In this document: piece by piece, positions 54,250 through 64,000 of the stretch
How positions within the stretch are numbered: position 1 is the first letter of the stretch
Layout of the letters: each line of letters starts with the position of its first letter
From: Eledone cirrhosa
Taxonomy: Eukaryota
Assembly (NCBI GenBank): GCA_964016885.1
Contig: OZ024742.1
Location: forward strand, 243,784,001-243,848,000
DNA: 64,000 nt
Reading direction: 5' to 3'
Translations under genes and position numbers: made by a program
The notes under the pieces: model-generated
What the model was told of the DNA's origin: nothing
Databases searched by the model: none
Seen by the model: the letters and a program-made list of their open reading frames with translations, nothing else

Positions 54250-54945
54250 ATAAGGCCTAAAATTTGGGGGAGTGCTTATAGTTGATTAAGATTGATTCTA
54301 GTACTCAACTGGTACTCATTTTATTGACCCTCAAAAGTTGGCCTTGGTGGGATTTGAACTTAGGCGATTAACTGCTGCTTGGCACTTTGTCTGACTGTCA
54401 ACCTACCACCCTTATTATTATATTCACATTTAGGGCGGTGGGTTGGTAGTATCGGTAGAGCATCAAACAAAATGATTTGTGGTACTTAGTTACAACTTTC
54501 TACATTCTTAGGTCAAATTCTACCAAAGTCAAATTTTGCTGTTTATCCTTCTGGGGGTTGATAAAATAAAGTACCACTTAAGTACTAAGATTGATATAAT
54601 TGACTTTCTCCTTCCAACCAGTTGTTGAAATCATATCGGTAGAGGGTCGGACGCCATGCTTTGATGCATAGAGTTACGGCCCTTGCTATTCTGAGTTCAA
54701 ATCCCGCCGAGGTTAACTTTGCCTTTCATCCTTACGGGGTCGATAAAATAAAGTACCAGTAATGTACTGGGTAATTTCTGGCCTTGTGCCAATAGTAGAA
54801 ACAATTATTATATACATATTTACGGTCTGAGTTCAAATCCCGTCGAGGTTAACTTTGCCTTTCATCCTTACGAGGTCGATAAAATAAAGTACCAGTAATA
54901 TCACTGGGTAATTGCTGGCCTTGTGTCAAAAGTAGAAACAATTAT
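54250..54945. mobile_element. Cluster of four SINE family 1 copies: old minus 54250-54415, old plus 54432-54620, young plus 54636-54803 and 54826-54940
   Basis: Family body is present four times. The last copy is flanked by ATTATTATATACATATTTA (54804-54822 and 54941-54959). Confidence 0.88.
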
Positions 54946-55311
54946 TATATACATATTTATTTGGTTTATTTAAAAAAAATAGGAAGAAAAATTATAAGTT
55001 TTATCACTATATAATTTGATGAGAAAAATGACTGGTTGTTGAGGGAACTACAATAAGTTTGTAAAGATGAATATTATAAACTCTTTACATATCCCAATCT
55101 TAAATATATAATTTGTATCTTATATATCATTACACTTCAATTTAAAGAATAACATTTTAACATGTGAAATAAATGTCTCAAGTTGATGTAAGTTATTAAA
55201 TTCCCTCTGGTTGGCTTATTTGATTTCTCATTATCACATATATTGCTGATGCTTATATCGAAATCCTATATTATTTGTGTCATGTTTTACTAGTATTTGG
55301 AAAATTGTATA

Positions 55312-55389
55312 CAGGGTGCAACAAAAATACCTCCCATAATTTAAGGGTCGACTGTGCAAAATATGGGAGTTTTTTTTTGCAGCAATGTG
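55312..55389. mobile_element. ~80-bp mariner-type mini element (MADE-like MITE)
   Basis: TA-CAGGGTGCAACAAAAATACCTCCCATA ... TATGGGAGTTTTTTTTTGCAGCAATGTG imperfect TIRs. Confidence 0.55.
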
Positions 55390-55862
55390 TGTGTGTGAAG
55401 ATAACATGAAATCACAACCATGAGCTCCTATCGGTTAAAATGAATGAGCTAGAAAGAAAGGGTAGTGTGAAATAATTGGAAGAAAATAATAAGGAAAACC
55501 ACATTACAAGAATTGTAACAGTTTACAACTTTCATTAAAAGTTAAACAAATATGAAAAAAAGCAGCTACTTTATTTCATAATTTTATAATGGAGATATAA
55601 GCCCGTTTTCTTAAAGGAACATTAACATATTGATGAATTATAAATGCTGGATTTGGTTGAGTTTAGAGAGATATACTAGAACCTTGCAGCATCTTTGCTT
55701 TAGTGTATTTAAATTGAAATCTCTCTTGTATTAATGTGATCTTTCATTCTTTTGGATTTATAATATTGAATATCATTTCAAAATAAAAGGACCTTTGTTT
55801 AAGAAATAATTTCACTCAATATTAGGGCATTCATTATTTAAAAAAAAAAAAGTGGAAATGAT

Positions 55863-56129
55863 TTAACTATTTTGATACTAAGCCATCTGAAAATACTCCT
55901 GGTTTTATGACACAAGACTGTTTGTTAAAAGTGTTCATATTGAAATTAAAATTTTCCATCACAATTTTTTTTATATAAGAAAATTTTGTTAAGTTATGAC
56001 TCAAACACCAGCTTGCAATTGACAAAGTATTTATATAACTAAATCCCTCCAAATTCTTGATTATTTTCAAATTTAATTGAAAATTATAGGCAGTGTCTTT
56101 CATTAAAGATATAGTAACAAAAGGGTGAA
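55863..56129 (+). mobile_element. TTAA MITE family 2
   Basis: TTAACTATTTTGATACTA ... TAGTAACAAAAGGGTGAA degenerate TIRs. Several relatives in the window. Confidence 0.7.
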
Positions 56130-56165
56130 ACTAAAAATATAGCACAGTGTATTTCAGGAAATGTA

Positions 56166-57441
56166 TCAGGTTGATGCAAAAGTAATGTCCGATTTCAAGG
56201 TTTATGTTAAAAATGAAAAAAGCCAATGATTATGAAAATATTTATTCGCTAACATAGCCTCCTTTGCTTTCAAGGGCCTCATTCAATCTTTCAACAAGCT
56301 TATAAATGCCACGCTTGTAAAATTCTTTAGGTTTAGGAGTAAAATATGAATCCAACTCAGTTTCAATCTCTTCTTTTGATGTCAACCTAAGACAATCCAA
56401 ATGGTTCTGTAGTCCTCGGAACAAATGATAATCAGAAGGTGCAAGGTCAGGAGAATATGGAGGATAAAGCAATATTTCCCAACCAAGCTCTTCCAAGAAA
56501 TTTTTGGTGAGTTGAGCTGTGTGAGGACAGGCATTATTGTGATTAAAGATGACACTCTTTCTGTTGACCAAGGAAGGTCGCTTTTGGTTCAAAGCTGCTT
56601 TCACACGACAAAGTTGATCACAGTAAAGATTAGCATTAATTGTTTGATTGTTGTCTAACAGTTCATAATGGATTATTCCTTCAATATCCCACCATACACT
56701 CAACATGATCTTCTTTGGATGAAGTCCTCCTCTCGGTTGTTGAACTGGTCTTCCTCCTCGACTGATCCGAGATTGGCGGCGTTTAACATTATGGTAAAGG
56801 ATCCGCTTCTCATCACCTGTAACAAGCCTACCTAAAAATGGTGCTTGAAGGTGTCGCGAAAGCAATGATTCACAACAAGCAACACGTTGTTGCAGATTAT
56901 CTGGAGACAGCAGGTGTGGGACCCATTTTCCAACCACTGAAACCTTTCTGATCCTTTTCAGTTGGCGTAGCGCGGTTGTATGGACTACGTTTAATTGTTC
57001 TGCAAGTTCCCTAGTGGTAATGGTGGGGTTTTCTGAAACAATAGCTTCCAACACATCGGAATCAAGTTTTTTCGGACGACCCTCTTTTGGCTCGTCTTTT
57101 AAACTGAAATCCCCACTTTGGAAACGGGAAAACCACCTCCTGCAACTTCTTTCATTCACTGCATTAACCCCATAAGCGCTCTGAATGTATTTTGCTGCTG
57201 TGCTTGCATTGACACCTTTATGAAATTCATAGAGTAAAACATTTCTAATATGATCTTTAGATGGAGCAAACATGGGTGCAAATGTTGCTGACAATTATGA
57301 ACACAACGTAGATAATCTGAAAGAAAAAGGTATAAATTAGTCACAGAGACATCTCGAAACTATAACAAGAGGCACGAATTTGATAAATTCTCTTTGAAAC
57401 ATTCTTCCTATAAATCAGACATTACTTTTGCACCAACCTGA
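56166..57441 (-). mobile_element. Full-length mariner transposon (1276 bp)
   Basis: 30-bp TIRs (56166-56195 and 57412-57441, 2 mismatches) TCAGGTTGGTGCAAAAGTAATG, resembling the Hsmar1/cecropia-type TIR. TA duplication on both sides. Confidence 0.97.
56242..57273 (-). CDS. Mariner (DD34D) transposase, open frame, 343 aa from the first ATG; probably catalytically dead
   Basis: HTH region, WVPHLL, TGDEK(R), HNNACPH (consensus HDNARPH) and YSPDLAPSDYHLF. Confidence 0.9.
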   Translation of the reverse strand: MFAPSKDHIRNVLLYEFHKGVNASTAAKYIQSAYGVNAVNERSCRRWFSRFQSGDFSLKDEPKEGRPKKLDSDVLEAIVSENPTITTRELAEQLNVVHTTALRQLKRIRKVSVVGKWVPHLLSPDNLQQRVACCESLLSRHLQAPFLGRLVTGDEKRILYHNVKRRQSRISRGGRPVQQPRGGLHPKKIMLSVWWDIEGIIHYELLDNNQTINANLYCDQLCRVKAALNQKRPSLVNRKSVIFNHNNACPHTAQLTKNFLEELGWEILLYPPYSPDLAPSDYHLFRGLQNHLDCLRLTSKEEIETELDSYFTPKPKEFYKRGIYKLVERLNEALESKGGYVSE

Positions 57442-57830
57442 TATAAGAATAGCTTGTCTTCCATGTTCCTCTAACTAACAATATCAAAGTACAGTTGAAA
57501 GATCAATTATTGTCATTCACATTTTGTTTATCTATTGGCACCTTTACAAAATTATCTCTCTTCAATTTGTCTCAATCCTTTCATATATTCACCATCAAAT
57601 TCAACTTTCTAGGACTTCTACTTGTGTATGTATATGGCACTTCTTTCTGTAATGAATAGAAATAGATTAAATAAGTTTTATGATTGGGTTTCTGCTAGTA
57701 ATCCAACAGGTGTTTTTATGTTGTATCACACTAAATATACACAATGAGATATGGTTTTTGTGGCAAAATGAAAGCTGAATCGACAGATAATGGACGAAAA
57801 ATTGATTATTATAGCATGAAATTTCAATGG

Positions 57831-57861
<31 letters not shown>

Positions 57862-58707
57862 TAATATGAGACTGCATATGAATAGGTGTGCAATGGATTT
57901 AGGTCAGATTGTATCAGTGCAGAAGGAAGGTGGAAAAGATTAACTTTCTTACTATAAGAGTTAAAAGCCATTTTAATCTATTATTTATAAATACATCAAA
58001 CAGGGAAGTAAATAAAAAGAATCTTCCTTTATTCTGGCATTACCATTTTGTGTATGCCAGCTCCCAAAGAATACAAGTATCTAAACTGAAGTAAATCATA
58101 TTTGTCAAGAAGTCTAAGAAATAAATCTGTCCAAGTAAAGAAGTTTATCTGAAATGTAAAGCAGACTTTGATATGATTCTAATATATATTATATAGTTTC
58201 AAATATTTCAAGGGTTGTTTTGTTTGAGAATTAATTCCATTTTTAAAATATACTATTTTTAAGTAAAACATGTGTTAATTTCTCTAATACATAAGTTGTA
58301 TGCATCATGTTTTGTCCTGTAATGTTAACATTTATGAAGCAAGTAATTTCAGAAATGAAGTTTTAAAAGTTCTTCATCTACTTTTTGAAATGAATTAACT
58401 TCAAAATCATACTCCATAACTTTCAATTTCACTGTATAATTGTTGAATTCTCTTTTATTTCGAATTTGTTTTAGTAAATGTTTGTACTTCACCAACACAT
58501 CATTTTCACTTCATTATTCAACCTTCACATGCATAATTAGAGCATGATTGACTTCAAGCATATTTGTCAGTTTTAGTTAACATTTACAGCTGAAGATACT
58601 TCAGTAATTTCATTAAGAGTTTATTTCAAATATTTCTTATTTGTCTGTATTCAAATTGAAAGTCAATTGTGGCACACAGCTAATTTTTATCTCCAAAATT
58701 AAGTTTT

Positions 58708-58745
<38 letters not shown>

Positions 58746-58951
58746 GGTGACTTATATAATGACTCTTGAGAGTTGTGTGTTATTTATTCCTTATTGATTA
58801 TGGGGGGGGGGGGGGGGTTGCATCGGTACTATGTGATTGAGAAGGATTGCTTTCATAATAGATGATCCCAATAATGGTTAATGATATATGACCAAATGGT
58901 AATATGCCTTAGCAGTTAAATCCAAATATTTAAGGTAACAGTGTTTAATTT

Positions 58952-59016
<65 letters not shown>
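58952..59016. repeat. (CA)n microsatellite; (CT)n at 59199-59260
   Basis: Direct reading. Confidence 0.97.
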
Positions 59017-59018
<2 letters not shown>

Positions 59019-59196
59019 ACATTTCATTATATCGAAATTCATAGTGTATAAAAAAATAAAAAAATTTGTTGTAAGGAAAAATTCTTTTTAACGAGATTGA
59101 CCTAACACATCGAGCGTGTGGCTGGGGATTGAAAAAAATTTCATTATACTGAAAAATTTGTTATAATGGTATTCATTACAACGGAATTTAACCTAT

Positions 59197-59265
<69 letters not shown>

Positions 59266-60996
59266 ATTGTGTTAAATATACACCTAAAATTTTTGTTATC
59301 ATAAAGATTAATATCTTTGTAGCATACATGTAAGACAGCAGATTGAACCCAAATTGGTTGTTTAATCTTTTAGAATTAACCAGGTCTCCCTCAAATCACT
59401 CTTTAGCACTTTGAAAAGGAATGATGGATTGAAATATGAGATAGTGTAAACATTCCAGGAAATCAAAATCAACCTGCCATATTTACTTGTGTATAATGCA
59501 AGAAATACCATATAAAAACATTTGAGTCAATATTGGGGGAATAACATTATACTTGAGTGTTAAAAAATTAGACAGAACACCAAACTTGTGGAAATGAAGA
59601 TAGTGAAGGTGGTAGCCACAGGAGATCTAATAACTAATGTGTACATTTCATTGCTTATGGCTATAAAACAGTTTGCTTTGCGAATATTTCCAGTAGCAAG
59701 TATTCTGTTAACAGACTGATGGTGTGTAGTTATATACTCTTCTATTTAAAAGTAATTATCTAATTTCAAAAATTACAGTTTGAAAAATGTGAAAGCTACA
59801 TTATTGCAGAAGCTACTTGTGAAAAGTGGATGCAGCTTGGTCATATGGTGAAGAAGTTTACTTCACAATCATCAGGTCCCAGGTTTGATCCCACTGCAAG
59901 GCATCTTGGGCAAGTGTCATTTACCACTTAGACTGAAAAGTAGTAAATACATATGTACATTTCCCCTCTTTATTTTGCTAGCAGTTCTTTTTATGTTAAA
60001 TAACTATTTCTCATTATTTCACCCAACTTCATTGTCATTGCTGTAACATAATTATTGACAAGTAAAGCCAGTTCTCCAATGCTGTTGCAGACATTTAAGC
60101 ATTTTATAGAAGATTTTTGAATTTGACTATCCAGTAACAATTAATAGATAATTCAGAATGTTTTCGTATATATTTAAAATGTATTTTGCTGGAATTTATT
60201 CTGGTAATTTAAACGGAACTATCAATTCTGATGAAAGTAGCAGTAGTAGGAAACTTAGGGAAAGCCGGACAACAGAATGGTTGTTCAAAGCATAATAACC
60301 CCCACCCTACCCCCTACCCTACCAAGTGCTTGATCCTTACTTAACTCTAAGGAGGCCAGGCTATATCCAGATTACAATGACTGGGTGCCCTACTGTTATG
60401 TGATTTTAAGTTGAATATTAGAGCGGCAGAGTGGACATCAAGGCAGTGGAGAAGAACTAGTGGTCGGCCAAAGGCAAGACTATGAATATCTGACCCGATA
60501 CATCGGCCCCACATAGCCCAGTATGGGCAGAGATAGGAAGTGTTGGAAGTCAACCAGGGAAGGGTTCTTCCAACAGGAGTGAGAAGGCTTTGGATTTGGA
60601 TATATATCTACTTGTTGCTTGTACTCACTTAAACACTCCATCACCAGATAGATAAAAGGATTGGTGTTAAAGAAGGATGTAATCCACTCTAAATCCCTTT
60701 AGAGAACAATAAAATACCAATGAGGGAGCTGCTATGTAGTTGCTCAACGTACTAGAAATGGTAGCCAAGTATCTGTCAAGTATCTGCTATCAAAAAGAAA
60801 CCAGGTCACATTAGATTCACCGGCTGAATATAGAGATTACCATAACTGGAATGCTTTTGATCGTAAGTTTACTTGTACATTGCAGGCCTGGGGCTAAATA
60901 ACATAACTACCATTCCTTTGAACAGTAAATGTGGGTTTAGTTAATTAATTATTTTTAAATGTCAAAGATATGTTTTTAAAAACAGCATACACACAT

Positions 60997-61338
60997 ATCA
61001 TCATCTGGTTGAGCTTACTTGGACATTCACGAGTCTAGCACGCCATCCATCACGATCAAACACAAGTGTTGGGAGATCATTGGGGGAACATCCTGTGTCT
61101 ACATAGTTGGTCGATGTAAGTTAAAGCTAGTCGTCCAACCTTCCTCTGACCGCGGCTAGGTGTTCAAAGTAAAAGATCACTAAGTTCTAGCTTTGCTTGC
61201 CAACAGTGTCCTGCAAATCGTATTCTTTGTTCCTGTAATATTGCAGATATATCAGTTCTTTAGGATGCTGTGTCCATGAGATATTAAGTACAGCCCTCAG
61301 CATCCGTGTATAAGTTCCATCAAGCTTGGTGTCTAGTT
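60997..61338 (-). pseudogene. 3' fragment of a further RTE-clade LINE
   Basis: Minus frame reads 'KLDGTYTRMLRAVLNISW', 'RIRFAGHCW', 'GQRKVGR..LTYIDQL' and 'DRDGWR'. Short GAT tail. Confidence 0.85.
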
Positions 61339-61850
61339 TTTTTTTAGTTCTACACATATATAATTAAGAGGGAAAGATAGAGAGATTTTATACATACAGA
61401 TAAGAAATAGAACATATATAGTAGAAGCCTTTATTACTATCATGGATAATATTATTAAGCGATTATTATTATCAAAAATTAGTGGATCCCAAACTTGTTA
61501 TTTATAAGGAATTGCAAATTATCTGCTTATTAAAATCAAAGTTCCAGATATTGTTTTCTAAATTTTCAAATTAACTGCTACAAAAACCATTATTATCAAT
61601 TGAGAGATCAAAAGAAAAGTGTACTAACTCTGGAGCCATGGTTGATGTATGGTACTAGTTGTAGAATCATATATTTGGAGTTAAGATACTGCTGTATCAG
61701 GGTTGTTGACGATATTGGTGCATATGTGTGCATGTATGCATGTGCACGCGCACACACATATATAGTTCAAGATTAAAAAAGAACAAATACACAAAGTCTT
61801 AGTCTTTTATTATTATTATTATTATTATTATTATCATTATTATTATTATT

Positions 61851-62035
61851 GGGTGGTGGATTGGCAGAATCAGTAGAGCGTTGGACAACATGCTTTGCGT
61901 TTTGAGTTCAAATACCACCGAGGTTAACTTTACCTTTCATCCTTACGGGCTTCATAAAATAAAGCACCAGTAACGCACTGGGGTCGATTTAATCAACTTT
62001 CCCTTCCCCAAAATTTCTGGCCTTGTGCCTAAAAT
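61851..62035 (+). mobile_element. SINE family 1, long subfamily
   Basis: Head, B-box and body. Flanked by (ATT)n. Confidence 0.88.
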
Positions 62036-62055
62036 CATCATCATCGTCATTCATC

Positions 62056-64000
62056 ATTATTATTATTATTATTATTATTGTTCTTTGAGTCTCAGTCATT
62101 GATGTTATTTAACTGGAAAGTTTGTTGAAATGAATATCAAGCCACTACCTGCAGCCTCAGATATTCAGGACGTATTGGATGGTTCTTGCTGTTCCCAGCA
62201 AGCATGCCTTTTGAAGTGTTCCAAAAAGCGGGGCGGGACCAATTTTCTTTAACCATCCTTGGAAACTCTTTGCGCCTATGACTATCGGGACCACTTTGAC
62301 CTCATGGCAGTTCCAAATCCTTTTTACTTCCCACTTTAAGTGCTGGTATCGGTTAATTTTCTCCCTCTCCTTCTCTTGCACTCTCGTGTTGAATGGGCAG
62401 GCTACATCCACAATCAGGCACGATCTCTTTTCCTTGTCCCAAACCACCAGGTCAGGTCTATTGTGTTCCAGTTTCTTGTCCGTCTGTATCCTAAAAACCC
62501 ACAGCACCTTCACCTGATTGTTTTCTATCACCGACTCTGGCTTATGCTCATACCACTTCTCAGAATATGGTATATTGTTTACTTTGCATAGGTGCCAGTG
62601 GATCACCCTGCCTATCACATCATGTCTCCACCCTTTATAGTGTGTCTGGGTTAGGTGTTTACACTCGAATACAATGTGAGCCACAGTCTCCTCTCTCTCT
62701 CCACAGATCCTTCACAGTGGGCTAGCCTCCTCCTTGTAAATATGGTGTTTCAGCCACTTCGTTTTGAGGGCCTGCTTTTGCGCAGTCATTAGCATTCCTT
62801 CTGTAGCCTTTTTAAGGTCTCCTCTTTTCAACCAGTTCCATGTCTGTGGATCTCTAAATTCAGTTTTCTCAAAGAAGGTACTATGAAGTGATTTTTCATG
62901 AAGGTTGCTCTTTCTCCTTGTTGTTATTTCCTCCTTGGACATCCCCTGGCTTATTGTCCTCTCCTTCAGTACAATTCTGAGCATTGGCTCCCTACTATCA
63001 GTCACGTATTTGTGTAGGTTGTTTTTCTCCATCTGAACACAGTCCTCTATGCTGATAAGACCTCTTCCACCTTCAGATCTCCTTAAGTTGAGTCTATCGA
63101 CATCACTCCTCTTGTGGAACATGTAGATAGTCAATAGCTTCCTAGTCTTCCTATCCATTTCTTTTTGTTCAGCACATTCCATCTCAGAATTCCTGCACTG
63201 TACCTAATGATAGACACAGCTCGGGAATTTACTGCACTTATGGCATTCCTACTGTTCAGATGTGATTTTAATACGCTCCTTACTCTCCGAATGTATTCAG
63301 ATCTTATCAATTCCTTCAATTTTTTGTTCTTGATGTCATCTGCCTCCAGAACACCTAAATATTTGTATTCTTCTTCAGTATCAATTTCCTTTATCATCTC
63401 ACCTGTTGGTACCTGGATTCCGTTGCTTCTGCTCAATTTACCCCCCTTCATCACAAGGACTCCACACTTACTAATACCAAATTGCATACATATATCATTG
63501 CTGAAAATACGGACAGTGTCAACAAGCACATCCAACTCCTTATCACTCTTCCCGAAGAGCTTAAGAACGTCCATGAAGAGGAGGTGATTGATGGTAAGCT
63601 CTCCCTTTCCCAACGTGTATCCTGCTCTCACTTTTCGCAGTATAATGGTCAGGAGGATCAGGGCAAGGACAAACAACAAAGGAGACAAACTATCTCCCTG
63701 AAAGATACCTCTCTTGATCTTCACGCCTCCCAAGGATTCTCCGCCCGATGTTAACTCTGTTTTCCAGGACTTCATACTGTTGCTCAACAACTGTCTGATG
63801 TTATCTGCCACCTTGAAGATCTCTAGGCTTTTGGTTCTCCAAGAATGAGGTACCATGTCGAATGCCTTTCTGTAGTCTATCCATCCCATGGCAAGACCAG
63901 TGTATCTCCTCCTGCAATTCCTCATTACCATCTTATCAATAAGTAACTGGTCCTTTGTACCACGGGACTTCTTTCGGTATCCTTTCTGTTTGTCCGGTAA
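62056..64000 (-). mobile_element. R4/Dong-clade non-LTR retrotransposon (RT, CCHC finger, restriction-like endonuclease), disrupted; continues beyond the window
   Basis: '[15 protein letters not shown]', '[13 protein letters not shown]', 'HLLFMDV' (YMDD mutated), '*RICGEREETVAHIVFEC', 'RHD' and 'NRPDLVV..IVDVACP..EKINRY'. Short 3' UTR then (TAA)n. Confidence 0.95.

Overview
AT-rich, repeat-dominated animal genomic DNA. The SINE and LINE repertoire suggests a coleoid cephalopod such as octopus, but this is an inference. I cannot support any host protein-coding exon; nearly all short ORFs are spurious or microsatellite read-through. Content: (1) A nest of young RTE-clade LINE copies at about 22.9-41.5 kb, from three families, inserted in long (TA)n / (TA)nTC arrays. 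In the two families preserved far enough 5', ORF2 carries a C4HC3 PHD-type finger between the RT core and the thumb. (2) Two abundant tRNA-derived SINE families, one of which shares its tail with one RTE family and its body with the 3' UTRs of the other two. (3) A full-length mariner with an open ORF but a mutated catalytic Asp, a deleted maT-like Tc1/mariner, TTAA-type MITEs, an R4/Dong LINE running off the right edge, and old RTE and CR1-like fragments. (4) Two type I hammerhead-ribozyme motifs typical of Penelope-like elements, one inside a ~166-bp palindrome whose mirror arm lacks the catalytic core. Best leads: the PHD-bearing, TA-associated RTEs, an identical +1 frameshift at CCC-C in two separate copies, the SINE-like hairpin-array 3' UTR, and the hammerheads.
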